Shown here: one piece after another, positions 30,573 through 40,746 of the stretch | Layout: the number at the start of each line of letters is the position of its first letter | Position numbering within the stretch: position 1 is the stretch's first letter | NCBI GenBank assembly: GCA_016201405.1 | Contig: JACQCZ010000016.1 | Coordinates: forward strand, 23,798 to 87,797 | Reading direction: 5' to 3' | DNA: 64,000 nucleotides | DNA from: Candidatus Acetothermia bacterium | GTDB lineage: Bacteria; Bipolaricaulota; Bipolaricaulia; RBG-16-55-9 | The notes under the pieces: generated by a model | The model's database searches: none | What the model was told of the DNA's origin: nothing | Seen by the model: the letters and a program-made list of their open reading frames with translations, nothing else | Program-made: the position numbers and the translations under genes

Positions 30573-31081
30573 GATCGCTTCCTGCTCTCGTCTGGCAAGC
30601 TGAGAGCAAGCTCACGCCCATGGATGACTATAGCTGGAAGCTGCCGGGATGAATTTTTTTTCTCAGCCACCTGAATTCCCATTTCCAAACAGGTCAGGCG
30701 GCAAATATCTGCAAGGTCGCTGTCGGAATCTCCTGCCATATGAATCTCATTGAATCCTTGCTTCCTTACTGTGCAAAGAAAGCTTCTTGCATGTTCCCGA
30801 GTCTGTCGGTAGAGCTGCATTGAATCCTGCAAGTAGAGTCGCGTTAGACGCGCCTTCTCGCTCAAGCCGCGCGGCGTGAGCAGATAGCGCCAGTGCCACT
30901 GTCCAATTCGGTTGATCTTGACGAAGCCTTTGGCAGCCATGCGCTTTAAAACCCAGTTTACCGTGCCGACTGCCACCCCTATGCCAGACGCAAGATCTAC
31001 CTGCCTGGCCTCTGGGTTGCTCTCCAGCGCCTCTAAGATTTCAAGCTGCCGAATCTCTTCTGGTGCGCCCTGTTTTGCCAT
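30569..31081 (-). CDS. MarR-type winged-helix regulator heading the glycan operon
   Basis: QVDLASGIGVAVGTVN...KGFVK...YLLTPRGLSEK. Confidence 0.8.
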   Translation of the reverse strand: MAKQGAPEEIRQLEILEALESNPEARQVDLASGIGVAVGTVNWVLKRMAAKGFVKINRIGQWHWRYLLTPRGLSEKARLTRLYLQDSMQLYRQTREHARSFLCTVRKQGFNEIHMAGDSDSDLADICRLTCLEMGIQVAEKKNSSRQLPAIVIHGRELALSLPDESRKRS

Positions 31082-31090
31082 GATTTTTAA

Positions 31091-31145
31091 GATTCAATTT
31101 TCGAATTCAACGACTGAATCTTAGCATAGTTTGGAGAAAAGTCAA
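31091..31145 (-). promoter_or_regulatory. Sigma70-type promoter with tandem palindromic operator candidates
   Basis: TTGACT (31145-31140)-N16-TAAGAT (31123-31118) with extended TGn; ATTCA-N5-YGAAT boxes at 31092-31106 and 31105-31119. Confidence 0.55.
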
Positions 31146-31158
31146 GACCCCAGCATCC

Positions 31159-31202
31159 AAAAAACGAAGATCCTCCACGCTGCTCGCACAGAGGATCTTC
31201 GT
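31159..31202 (-). terminator. Rho-independent terminator
   Basis: 12-bp stem ACGAAGATCCTC/GAGGATCTTCGT followed by a T-run on the minus strand, 36 nt after the stop at 31238. Confidence 0.8.
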
Positions 31203-31237
31203 CGTGTCGTCTAAAATAAAGAGGTTGGCAAAACAAA

Positions 31238-32620
31238 TTATCGCATAATGAACATCTTTCCCGAAGCGCTTGTGACTCCATTCACTCCTGCGGTAGTTAC
31301 CACATAGAAATAGATGCCGTTGGCCAAAGGTCTTCCTAGAGTTATCATTGGATTCCGACGCAACTGGCTCCCGGACACGAACCCGCTGTCATAAATCGAC
31401 TGTCCAAGCAAGTTGAAGATCTGAACTCTGGACCTCTCAATTCCTGTCCCTTGAGCGATGAAGTAGAGTGCTCTTCCAATTTGAAGAGTCGTGATTCCAT
31501 TGATGCTGCAAATCCGCGTGCCACGCCTGACTGCAAAGACTGTCACTTTATCCTGGAATTGGAAGGCAGTGCTTTTGACAGTCTTACCCTTTAATATACC
31601 TTCAGCGTCTCCCACTACGAATTGAGTGTCCACGGTGACAAAGTCACATTGAAGATCAATAAATCCATCATTGTTGACATCTTTCCCGCCGCATCCGACC
31701 AGTGACATTTCAGTGCCACTATGGCCAAAGGTCAGAGAAGCCACATCAATACAATCCGGTGCATCAAAGTCCTCGCGAGAAAATATTGCAACTGGGGTAT
31801 TTCCAGTGCCATCCAGGTGGATGGTATTGTCGCGATTCCCAGGAACAATGTCTATGTAACTATTCTTAAGACCCGCGCAATTATTCCCGGTCTGGGTGCT
31901 GCCACCGCTATTGTTATTGCCATTATTATCATTACCACCATTGTTATTGTTATTATTATTGTCGTTGCCATTTCCGGTCGTGCCAGTGTTAGTGCCACCA
32001 CAACCATTATTACCGGCCTGAATCCCCGGACCTGAAACGAGAGTAATAACTCTCACTTCATCGACTTTGTTAAAGGTATGCAGCTCAAGCTGCAGAGTTC
32101 GGCGATCTGTAGCAATAGTGGCCCGGTCATTGTTTGCGACCACTTCCAGACCACGAAAATCATCTTTTGGGTAAGAGACACCCGGAGCGCCTAGAATGCT
32201 ATCACTTGCATCCAAAGTCTTGTCCGTAACAAGTAGACCAATAACATCGTGATCAAAGGTCACTGCGCCTGTGTACGAAACTCCTCCATCTGTCAATACG
32301 CCAACAGGGTCAGAGTGAAAGAAATAACTATCTACAATTGAGTTGGCGAGAAGAGTTCCAGTCGGTATGCAAGTCAAGTTTTGGAACGTGCCTGTGCCCG
32401 TTAAGTTAACAAGAACATTCTGCGAGAGTGTCAAGCTCTTTGCCTCGGGAAAGAGTTTCAAGGTCGTATTGCTCTCCATAGCGCCCTCTTGGACAGAAGA
32501 GGGTGCAGCAACCTGGACAATATCTCCTGACGTGCTAACCACACTTGCCCATACGGTTGCGAGTAAACCTATACTAAGAAATAGAAAAGATAAAACGACT
32601 AGCGCAACAACCTTCTTCAT
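31238..32620 (-). CDS. Secreted multidomain protein with T9SS-like C-terminal sorting domain
   Basis: Signal peptide (MKKVVAL...VWA), AGGAGG RBS, Asn/Gly linker, DVNNDG loop, tail LANGIYFYVV...GKMFIMR. Confidence 0.75.
   Translation of the reverse strand: MKKVVALVVLSFLFLSIGLLATVWASVVSTSGDIVQVAAPSSVQEGAMESNTTLKLFPEAKSLTLSQNVLVNLTGTGTFQNLTCIPTGTLLANSIVDSYFFHSDPVGVLTDGGVSYTGAVTFDHDVIGLLVTDKTLDASDSILGAPGVSYPKDDFRGLEVVANNDRATIATDRRTLQLELHTFNKVDEVRVITLVSGPGIQAGNNGCGGTNTGTTGNGNDNNNNNNNGGNDNNGNNNSGGSTQTGNNCAGLKNSYIDIVPGNRDNTIHLDGTGNTPVAIFSREDFDAPDCIDVASLTFGHSGTEMSLVGCGGKDVNNDGFIDLQCDFVTVDTQFVVGDAEGILKGKTVKSTAFQFQDKVTVFAVRRGTRICSINGITTLQIGRALYFIAQGTGIERSRVQIFNLLGQSIYDSGFVSGSQLRRNPMITLGRPLANGIYFYVVTTAGVNGVTSASGKMFIMR
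31905..32015 (-). repeat. Low-complexity AAY/GGN codon run encoding an Asn/Gly/Thr linker
   Basis: Encodes GNNGCGGTNTGTTGNGNDNNNNNNNGGNDNNGNNNSG. Confidence 0.7.
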
Positions 32621-32745
32621 CGCCAACCTCCTGAATCATCGCCAGGCATACCCTTTTTTCTGTCCGAGCTTTCCATTTATATATCTTTTCGTTTCCAAAG
32701 CCAAGTCTTCGCCATCACACGATCCAATCAATAAAAATAGGCTCT

Positions 32746-34077
32746 TCATCTCAGTGGACTCTTGCCCTCCAACTCAAGTGGGATCTCTAATCTCATTAAG
32801 TCCATAGCGGCTGGCGCCATATCCTTAATCGAGATTGGAGATTGCTGCAGCGAATGGCCCCTGATGTAAAGGAACGCATCTCCATAGGTATGCATTCCAC
32901 TGAGAAGACCCCTCTGGAATGGAGTAGCATTACGCTTAAAGCCAGATTTCAGATCATAACCATCTTCCGGATGGGCAATCAGATCTGGACCTCTGCCGAT
33001 AAAATGGCCATCGTAAATCTCTCTACTCAGCCATGCGTTCTGGACGAGACTCTTTCCAGTCTTTGAGTCCTTCAGACCAAGAAGGATTTCGCGAATCTCC
33101 TGAAGATGTCTAGTTTGATCCACTATGTTCACTGCCCCATGCGCCTCACGCCCAGCACGATTCAAATAGATTCTTCCTGGAGGCAAGCTATATGCAATGG
33201 ATGCGGTCGACATCTCCTTCAGCTGCCTAGCTCCACTCGGGAAGGAGAGATACCCATGCTCCATTAGAACACTATTAACATCAATCTCTGACTCAATCCT
33301 GCAAAATCCATGATCCGAGAGCATCATTAACTCTATGTTTTTATCAGAGATTACTGCCTCAAAGTCTCCGATCAGATGGTCAACCTTAGCATAAAAATCC
33401 CAGAATTTTTGATGAAAGACGTGGGCAGGATCATCTTTTGAATCTATAAAAAAATGATTCAGTCTGTCCGTCTCCATGATGTGAAGCATAAAAAAATCCC
33501 AATCCTCGGTCTCTATTAATTGGGATGCCAGTCTTTCCCGTCCCTTAAGAGCACGAAAAAGCTCTTGCAAAAAGAGATCTCTATCGCGGTACGCCAATTG
33601 TGGATCGACGTCTATGACATAGCCAGCCTCTCGGAGATGGAGCTCCATCTCACGCGGATAAGCCACTTTATCTAGAGAAGGGCAGAGAAAATCTCCGATG
33701 ATAATACCGTTGATTGGCTCTGGGGGATAGGTGCCAGGAACATTAATTGCAATGACCCGTTTGCCTTGCTCGCTCAACCGTCTCCACAGGGTCTTTGCTT
33801 GGATATGTTTTGAAGTCAATATTACATAGTTGAGATTAGGATCGCGCTCCACAAATCCAAAGATTCCATGCTCACCTGGATTGACTCCGGTCGAAAAGGT
33901 CACCCATGCTACAGAGGAAACTACAGGCACCACCGAATTCATTCGGCTAAAGCTTCCTTGACTCAACAGGCGCTGAAAATTAGGCATACAATGACGCTCG
34001 ACCGCTTGCTGAAGCAAGGAATAGGGAACGCCATCAAGGGCCAAAATAAACAGCTTTCTCTTTGACCCCGTCTTCAT
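32746..34077 (-). CDS. Alkaline phosphatase superfamily protein (type I phosphodiesterase/nucleotide pyrophosphatase)
   Basis: LALDG, W...TGVNPGEHGIFGF, TDRLNH, SDHGF, GMH. Confidence 0.85.
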   Translation of the reverse strand: MKTGSKRKLFILALDGVPYSLLQQAVERHCMPNFQRLLSQGSFSRMNSVVPVVSSVAWVTFSTGVNPGEHGIFGFVERDPNLNYVILTSKHIQAKTLWRRLSEQGKRVIAINVPGTYPPEPINGIIIGDFLCPSLDKVAYPREMELHLREAGYVIDVDPQLAYRDRDLFLQELFRALKGRERLASQLIETEDWDFFMLHIMETDRLNHFFIDSKDDPAHVFHQKFWDFYAKVDHLIGDFEAVISDKNIELMMLSDHGFCRIESEIDVNSVLMEHGYLSFPSGARQLKEMSTASIAYSLPPGRIYLNRAGREAHGAVNIVDQTRHLQEIREILLGLKDSKTGKSLVQNAWLSREIYDGHFIGRGPDLIAHPEDGYDLKSGFKRNATPFQRGLLSGMHTYGDAFLYIRGHSLQQSPISIKDMAPAAMDLMRLEIPLELEGKSPLR

Positions 34078-35066
34078 GAATTTGCTTTAGGAGTTGTTTT
34101 GTATAGCTGTCGATCCACAAAATGGACAAAAAATGCAAGAGCCAATCCCAAGACAAAGCCTAAAATGATTCCCAACAATGCGTATAACTTTCGTGGCGGG
34201 CCAATAGGGGTCGCTGAGCTTTGCGGCTCGACTAGCGTGTACAGCGGATTCCAATTTGAATCCGCTAGAAGCTGGACATCTTTCAGATAAAAATCGTATT
34301 CTCGAATCGAGTGGGCGATGTCAGCAGTTTGCGAGTCTCCCCACAGACCCAGTTGGAGAAATTGAGATCCTGATTCAGTCTTGAGTCGCTGGAGTTCCCC
34401 GGTTGTGGCAGTGAGTTGACTGGCCAGATCGAGGTTTAATATCCCATTAGCTCGAGAAAAATTTTGCGCTGATCCGCCAATCTTCGTCAAGTTCTCAAGA
34501 ATACTCTTCCGTTCTTCAGTCAATCCTGCTTCGCGTTGCTCAATTGCGGCACGCGCCTGATTCATAAGGTCATCTCTCTCAGTCGCGAGCAGATCTCTAC
34601 CGGCTTGCAATGAATCTTTAACCTCATTGATTTGCGCATTCAGGTCCTGCTGCAGTCTCTCTTTCCACCGAGCGATATGAGCGTTTAGAAGACTCTTTAG
34701 ATCATCAGGGCGTTGGGTCCCCCGGAATCTGACATCAATATTCGTCCCCCCTGCGATCATCTGAGCATTGATGCTGACGTTAGGCTCGCTTGTCAGCTCC
34801 ATCAGCTGAACAAGGTCTTGAGGGTTTGAAATCTGGAGCAGCTCCGATGGCTGTTGAATGGCATTACCCAATGACGACCAGACAAAATAGCGGCTCTTCA
34901 CACCCGGGTGATCAACAAGCTGGAGAACAGCCCTCGCCTCAAACTCGTTTGGCAACCGGAATGAATAGAGTAGAGAACCTGCTAGGGCAACAGCGATTAC
35001 GCCAAGAATGACCCACTTGCGAATCCAGATGATCTTGAAATAATCCTGCAGATTCAATTCATCCAT
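34074..35066 (-). CDS. Wzz-family chain-length determinant / polysaccharide co-polymerase
   Basis: DELNLQDY...KWVI N-terminal TM, coiled coil, PIGPPRKLY + C-terminal TM; GGGAGG RBS. Confidence 0.82.
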   Translation of the reverse strand: MDELNLQDYFKIIWIRKWVILGVIAVALAGSLLYSFRLPNEFEARAVLQLVDHPGVKSRYFVWSSLGNAIQQPSELLQISNPQDLVQLMELTSEPNVSINAQMIAGGTNIDVRFRGTQRPDDLKSLLNAHIARWKERLQQDLNAQINEVKDSLQAGRDLLATERDDLMNQARAAIEQREAGLTEERKSILENLTKIGGSAQNFSRANGILNLDLASQLTATTGELQRLKTESGSQFLQLGLWGDSQTADIAHSIREYDFYLKDVQLLADSNWNPLYTLVEPQSSATPIGPPRKLYALLGIILGFVLGLALAFFVHFVDRQLYKTTPKANS

Positions 35067-35163
35067 GCAGAGTGCCTCCCAAAAGTCAAAAGAATAGATA
35101 ATGCATTGCACCGCTTAAATACTGAATTTATAGAGTAGATCGAGAGCAATTACAAATACTGAC

Positions 35164-36132
35164 TCATTTAGTTCTGAGTCGATCAATCTCTCTGGAAAAA
35201 GCCGAAGCGAGCTCGACTGAAGCTTCCAGATTATGAATAGAGACGTGCTCGACATTGATAGCCAAAGGCGCTCTGAATTTCATTTTATGTACAAACGAAG
35301 CAATTTCATCAAAAATTTCTAAGGACGTGGTGATAGATCGCTCTAAGATTCCACTGGGCTTTGAGAGGATGTATCGCTCTGTCTCTTTGGGGATCACAAC
35401 ATCCCACCATCGTAAGAATTCAATGTCAAGTTTTGAAGAGACGGGCGCAAAGCTCAAAAAGAGCGGCTTGAGACCCACCCCTGCATTTTTTGCAACGGTG
35501 TGATAGTCTCGCAAAAGTCTTTGTGTCAGATCTGATTCAAAAATCACTTGGCTTATAAAGAATTCGATTCCACTCTCTGTCTTTCGCAACAATCGATGAC
35601 TCTCTTCCTCACGGGCGGGAATTGTGACTGCACCTAAAAAGAGATTGAGAGTCTTTTCATTTTGAATATGTATAGCCGCCTCTTCCACTCCAGGCCCAGG
35701 GTAGCGAATTGTTGAAGATTGTCCGCCAACCAAGACCAGATTTCTAAACTCAAAGTCACGTGAAGTCTTCTCTAGCCACATTCGCTGATTTGACCAATTC
35801 GTATGAACAACCCCGCGATCGATTAGAAACTCAGGGGATTGATCACCCAATGATTTTTGAATGGAAAGCGCAAAGTCCCTTGGCTGCCATTTGCGCACAA
35901 AAGTCGTGATGCGATTTTTTCTCGTCTCGTTGCGGACCTCTGGAATATTCAATGCATCGACTTGAACATTCGCTTGAAGCTGACGCACGTGCTCCATTCG
36001 TTTCTCCAATTGATCAGAGGTAGCCCCTCGAGCTGGAGGAATGAGGGTATAAATGATTAGATTAGATTGGTGGTTTCTGACCTTCTCCTGAAAAGATGCC
36101 TGCCAAGATTCTTTCACCGCGAAACTCTTCAC
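35164..36132 (-). CDS. Methylenetetrahydrofolate reductase-like protein
   Basis: DALNIPEV, LVLVGG, GAVTIP, RLLRK..SG.EFFISQ. Confidence 0.65.
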   Translation of the reverse strand: MKSFAVKESWQASFQEKVRNHQSNLIIYTLIPPARGATSDQLEKRMEHVRQLQANVQVDALNIPEVRNETRKNRITTFVRKWQPRDFALSIQKSLGDQSPEFLIDRGVVHTNWSNQRMWLEKTSRDFEFRNLVLVGGQSSTIRYPGPGVEEAAIHIQNEKTLNLFLGAVTIPAREEESHRLLRKTESGIEFFISQVIFESDLTQRLLRDYHTVAKNAGVGLKPLFLSFAPVSSKLDIEFLRWWDVVIPKETERYILSKPSGILERSITTSLEIFDEIASFVHKMKFRAPLAINVEHVSIHNLEASVELASAFSREIDRLRTK

Positions 36133-36629
36133 GACGATTGAATGGCGCGAATCACATGAATAAGATCAAGCAGTGCTTCTGCAGCTTCAATGCCTTTATC
36201 ACTTTCCAATCCAGCCCGCGCCCACGCTTGCTCAAGAGTGTCCGTCGTCAGAACTCCAAAGACGATTGGAATATCGGATTCCAGCGAGAGCTTGGTGATA
36301 CCCATAGTCATCGCCTGACAGATGTAATCAAAGTGCGGCGTCTCTCCCCGAATCACGCATCCCAAAGGAAGAATCCCATCATACCGTCCAGTCTGTGCGA
36401 GAGCATGAACAGCCTGTGGAAGTTCAAAGGCTCCCGAGACCCAGGCCACGTGAATCTCTTCTTCTGTTACATCATGACGCATCAGACAACTTTTGGCACT
36501 CTCGAGCAGTTTTTTTGTGATCGCAGAATGGAAGCGGCTGACGGCAATGGCAATCGTAAGACCTGCGCCGTCTCGCTTGCCTTCAAAGGTTTTATTTGTC
36601 TGCTTTGACAAGCGACTCACCTGGATCAC
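36129..36629 (-). CDS. ribH: 6,7-dimethyl-8-ribityllumazine synthase
   Basis: [24 protein letters not shown]. Start uncertain. Confidence 0.95.
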   Translation of the reverse strand: MIQVSRLSKQTNKTFEGKRDGAGLTIAIAVSRFHSAITKKLLESAKSCLMRHDVTEEEIHVAWVSGAFELPQAVHALAQTGRYDGILPLGCVIRGETPHFDYICQAMTMGITKLSLESDIPIVFGVLTTDTLEQAWARAGLESDKGIEAAEALLDLIHVIRAIQSS

Positions 36630-37833
36630 CAGGGAAGAGGTGATCCAGCCTGTGTCCTAGCTTCTCTTTCTTCGTTTTGAGATAGCCGTAGTTGTAATTG
36701 TTGACCTCAAACGTGATTGGAAGCTGCTCGACAATATGCAGCCCATAGCTCTCGAGGCCTACGATCTTTTTAGGGTTGTTGGTAAGAATACGAATGGTAG
36801 ATAGCCCCAAATCCCGTAAGATCTGCGCACCAATGCCGTACTCTCTCAAATCTTCTTGAAATCCCAATTGGCGATTCGCTTCAACCGTGTCAAACCCTTG
36901 ATCTTGTAGATGATACGCTTTGATCTTATTCCCCAGCCCGATCCCGCGTCCCTCTTGTCTCAAATACAGGAAGACGCCCATGCCTTCATCTGAAATTCTT
37001 TTCAGCGCCTCTTCCACTTGGGAGCCACAGTCACACTTTAGTGAGCCGAGCACATCTCCCGTAAAACATTCTGAATGGACACGCACCAAAACATTCTCTG
37101 CCCCAGAGACATCTCCTATAGTGAGCGCAATGTGCTCTTTCCCATCCACCAGGCTGCGGTATGCATGGATCTCAAAGTTTCCATGACGAGTTGGCAGATG
37201 GGCAGAGGCGATCCGCTCAATCAAGACCTCCCGCTGGCAGCGATATTCGATCAGATCGGCAATGCTAATAATGAGGAGTTTATGCGCCTTGGCAAAGGTT
37301 TTGAGATCGGCAAGCCGCGCCATCGAGCCGTCCTCGTTCATGATCTCGCAGACAACGGCAGCCGGATAGAGCCCTGCCATTTTCGCCAGATCCATGCTGG
37401 CTTCGGTGTGGCCTGCGCGCTGCAGAACGCCGCCTGGCTTGGCTCGTAGCGGGAAGACGTGGCCAGGTTGCACAAGGTCTGAGGGGCGGGCGTTGGGATC
37501 GGAAAGAACTTTGATCGTCTGTGCTCGGTCAAACGCCGAAGTGCCCGTACTTATGTCATTGCGGGCGTCCACAGAAACGGTAAAGGCACAGCCATCCCCT
37601 GGGTTGCTCTGGACCATCATCTTGATTCCTAATTCATCAAGGCGCTCTTGCGACATGGGAACACAGATGATCCCTCGCGCGTGAGTCACCATAAAGTTGA
37701 TCTTCTCCGGCGTCACTTTTTGTGCTGCTAAAACCAAATCGCCTTCGTTTTCGCGATCTTCGTCATCGACAACAATGAGCATCTCACCTTGACGCATGGC
37801 TGATATCGCTTCTTCAATTGTGTTTAAGCCCAT
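36592..37833 (-). CDS. ribBA: Bifunctional DHBP synthase / GTP cyclohydrolase II
   Basis: [38 protein letters not shown]. Confidence 0.96.
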   Translation of the reverse strand: MGLNTIEEAISAMRQGEMLIVVDDEDRENEGDLVLAAQKVTPEKINFMVTHARGIICVPMSQERLDELGIKMMVQSNPGDGCAFTVSVDARNDISTGTSAFDRAQTIKVLSDPNARPSDLVQPGHVFPLRAKPGGVLQRAGHTEASMDLAKMAGLYPAAVVCEIMNEDGSMARLADLKTFAKAHKLLIISIADLIEYRCQREVLIERIASAHLPTRHGNFEIHAYRSLVDGKEHIALTIGDVSGAENVLVRVHSECFTGDVLGSLKCDCGSQVEEALKRISDEGMGVFLYLRQEGRGIGLGNKIKAYHLQDQGFDTVEANRQLGFQEDLREYGIGAQILRDLGLSTIRILTNNPKKIVGLESYGLHIVEQLPITFEVNNYNYGYLKTKKEKLGHRLDHLFPGDPGESLVKADK

Positions 37834-38422
37834 TGAACTCCTCCTTTCGGAGTTGCTTTTGCACATATTTAGCCAGGATGTCAAATTCAATATTCACTTT
37901 ATCTCCCGTTTTTCGGTACTGCAAGGTGGTATTCGCGAAGGTATGCGGGATGACGGCCACTTCAAACTGCTCGTGGCTGATGTGAAAGGGGGTAAGACTG
38001 ACCCCATCAATTGCAATGGAACCCTTTTCAACAAGCCATGCGCTGTATAGGTCAGCGACGCGGAATTTGAAGAGGTGTGAGTCACTTTGAGCCTGAATCT
38101 TTACGACCTCACCCGTTGTATCCACATGCCCCTGCATCAGATGACCGCTAAGCCGCTCACCCACGGCTAGAGCCCTCTCTAGATTGACCCAGTCGGCTCG
38201 TTGAAGATGTCCGAGTGTGGTACGTTTGCTAGTCTCCGGGCTTAGATCAAACTCGACCAAGTTCTTTCCAGAATCAATGGAAACCACAGTGAGGCAGACT
38301 CCGTTGATGGCCACACTCTCACCTATCGCGACGTCAGAAGCGAGCGGTTTTGTAAAAATCACCAGATGATTTTGGGTCACTTCTTTCACTTCGCCTAGCG
38401 AGGCAATGATGCCAGTAAACAT
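37814..38422 (-). CDS. ribE: Riboflavin synthase (alpha chain)
   Basis: [33 protein letters not shown]. Confidence 0.95.
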   Translation of the reverse strand: MFTGIIASLGEVKEVTQNHLVIFTKPLASDVAIGESVAINGVCLTVVSIDSGKNLVEFDLSPETSKRTTLGHLQRADWVNLERALAVGERLSGHLMQGHVDTTGEVVKIQAQSDSHLFKFRVADLYSAWLVEKGSIAIDGVSLTPFHISHEQFEVAVIPHTFANTTLQYRKTGDKVNIEFDILAKYVQKQLRKEEFNGLKHN

Positions 38423-38478
38423 CTTAGACAGATCATAAACAACCTCTTTTATAAACCGCAATGATCTAAGTCAAGTAG

Positions 38479-38507
38479 TTGCAATTTGGATGCGGCACAG
38501 GTAGACT
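38479..38507 (+). promoter_or_regulatory. Sigma70-type promoter candidate for yidC-jag
   Basis: TTGCAA-N17-TAGACT, followed by an AGGAGG RBS-like tract and ATG 38547. Confidence 0.5.
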
Positions 38508-38546
38508 AAACTCCATTCAACGCAGGAGGAGAAAACCTCAGCCAGC

Positions 38547-40250
38547 ATGAGAAACCCCATCAAACTTGCGCTTATCTTTATCCTTGCTCTTTTGGGATTT
38601 TGGAGTCAGGAGGTCATCTCTTTTGCCGAGAATTACAACGTAACACCTGAATGGCACGTCAATTCCCTCAATGGCACCACGGAGATAGCCGTTCATACGC
38701 TTTTGGCTGACTATCTCTTCTCCACTCAGGGAGGCACGCTCCGGAGCGTATTCCTCTACTTTTCACCTTTTGGTGCTGCTCAGACCGAGCTCATTCCAGA
38801 TACTGAGACCACCAAAAATGCATCCACAGGCGGACTGGAGCGCAGTTATGTGCGAAATCCGCTTTTCCCCTTTGCGCTCAGCATCAGTGGCACGGCAACC
38901 AGCGACTTGATGTTTGAGCATCATGAAGATGAGACTATCGATCACAGACTGGAAGTCTCGTTCACCACTGTGATCAACGGGATCAAAGTCTCAAAAGTCT
39001 TTACTGTCAGCCAGAACCCAGACTACTCCGTTGATTTTCGGCTAGAGCTTGAAAATACTTCAGGGGGGTCAGCTCAGCTTACCGAAGGGCTCCAGCTCAG
39101 CTTGGGGCACGGTATTGCCAAAACTCCAGCCACAGATGCCAATGTACGCTTTCTCTTTGGCGAAGAGGTTAAGAACGTTCCACTCGATGCTCCAGGATTC
39201 AAGGGTCTTGGCTTTATGGGCTCCGGACAAGTCTTTTTCGTTAAGCCAGTTGGAGATAGCCCAGCATTCCCCGTTGAGAATCATCCGGCGGATCAGGGAG
39301 TCGAGCTTGCCGCTGAGATTCCGGCTTTAACACTTGCTCCGGGAGAGAAGCACATGTTCAGCTTTCTGCTCTATGCGGGGCGTGAGAAATATTCATTGCT
39401 CAACCACGTAGGACTGGGTGCGCTTAGCCCACCCGGCTTCTTTAGCCAATTTATTATCGCGGTCAGTCAGTTACTTGAATGGCTCTACAAGCTCACCGGA
39501 AATTATGGCTGGGCCATTATTCTGTTCACACTCTTCACACGAATCTTGCTCTTCCCACTCGCGAGGCAGCAGTTCCACTCTATGGCCAGGATGGCTGAAG
39601 TGAAACCAAGACTGGAGAAGATTCAGCAGCGTTATCCAACGATGCGCCGCCTGAAAGAGCTTCATCCCAACATGAGTCAAGAGGAGTTGTTCAAACGCGA
39701 TCGTGAGAACCGCCGCGCATTGCAAGAGAAGATGATGGAATTGTACCGCGAAGAGGGGATCAATCCTCTGGGGGGCTGTATCCCGACGCTGATCCAATTT
39801 CCCATCCTGCTCATCTTGTGGCAATCCATTTCGTATGACGCAGAAGCGATCCACTTCAGCCCTGGCTTTCTCTGGCTGAGTGATCTCGCGATGAAAGACC
39901 CGACTTATATTCTCGTCGCGCTCACAGCTGTTTTGATGCTCTTGCAGAGTAGGACGACTCCGCAGATGACTCAGTCTCAGGGGGGCCCAAACCCCATGGT
40001 CATGATGCTCATCTCTACTGGAATGATGGTATTTCTCCTAAAAGACTTTCCAGCAGGAATGTGGCTCTACTACTTCCTGACCACCTCTATCCAAGTGGCC
40101 TTGCAAATATTCATCAAGTGGGAGATGCGACAGATCGCAATGAAGAAGGCAGCAACTGCGGCGGCGGCAGGAGGAGCAGCCACCTCTGTATCTCTAAGCG
40201 AAGATGAACCCGCCGCGCCTGATTCAAAGAACAAAGAAGAGAAGAGATGA
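38547..40250 (+). CDS. yidC: Membrane protein insertase YidC
   Basis: Large periplasmic domain; GNYGWAII, NPLGGCIP.LIQFP, FLWLSDL..KDP, FPAGMWLYY. Confidence 0.93.
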   Translation: MRNPIKLALIFILALLGFWSQEVISFAENYNVTPEWHVNSLNGTTEIAVHTLLADYLFSTQGGTLRSVFLYFSPFGAAQTELIPDTETTKNASTGGLERSYVRNPLFPFALSISGTATSDLMFEHHEDETIDHRLEVSFTTVINGIKVSKVFTVSQNPDYSVDFRLELENTSGGSAQLTEGLQLSLGHGIAKTPATDANVRFLFGEEVKNVPLDAPGFKGLGFMGSGQVFFVKPVGDSPAFPVENHPADQGVELAAEIPALTLAPGEKHMFSFLLYAGREKYSLLNHVGLGALSPPGFFSQFIIAVSQLLEWLYKLTGNYGWAIILFTLFTRILLFPLARQQFHSMARMAEVKPRLEKIQQRYPTMRRLKELHPNMSQEELFKRDRENRRALQEKMMELYREEGINPLGGCIPTLIQFPILLILWQSISYDAEAIHFSPGFLWLSDLAMKDPTYILVALTAVLMLLQSRTTPQMTQSQGGPNPMVMMLISTGMMVFLLKDFPAGMWLYYFLTTSIQVALQIFIKWEMRQIAMKKAATAAAAGGAATSVSLSEDEPAAPDSKNKEEKR

Positions 40251-40254
40251 GGGT

Positions 40255-40746
40255 ATGAACGAAGAGGTCAAGAGTGCTCTCCATGAATATCTCGAAGGTT
40301 TTTTAAAGACGCTGGGTGAGAGTGCAGAGATCCAGTTCAAGCATGAGAGCCAAGATGAGATCCATGTCAACATGCAGGGCCTTGTGGCGTTAGACGGAAT
40401 CGATCCAAAGCCTCTCAGGTCCCTGAGCTATCTTGCAGAGATCTCATTACGTCGCAAGCTCAATCAAGCTGTGCGAATTCAGCTAGATGCCAATGGTGGC
40501 CAGCAGCGCAGACAGCTCGATTTGCGCCGCATGGCGGAGAGTGCAGCTCAACGAGCGCTTCTAGAGGGCAAGGCCATCACGCTAGACCCCATGGAGACCC
40601 ATGAGCGCAAGATGATTCACGAAGTCTTGAGTCAGATTCCTGGGGTGCGCACGCACAGCGAAGGCCAAGGTGAAGCGCGCCGGGTGATTGTTGAACCAGC
40701 CAGTGGGGTCGAGACTCCGAGTGATCCGCAGACAGGTCAAAGCTGA
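40255..40746 (+). CDS. jag: Jag/KhpB(EloR)-like RNA-binding protein (KH-like + R3H)
   Basis: ERKMIHE R3H motif, THSEGQGEARRVIV; directly after yidC. Confidence 0.8.
   Translation: MNEEVKSALHEYLEGFLKTLGESAEIQFKHESQDEIHVNMQGLVALDGIDPKPLRSLSYLAEISLRRKLNQAVRIQLDANGGQQRRQLDLRRMAESAAQRALLEGKAITLDPMETHERKMIHEVLSQIPGVRTHSEGQGEARRVIVEPASGVETPSDPQTGQS

Noticed and set aside
38423..38546. FMN riboswitch upstream of ribE
   Set aside because: Only 124 bp, shared with the yidC promoter, and no recognisable RFN motifs.
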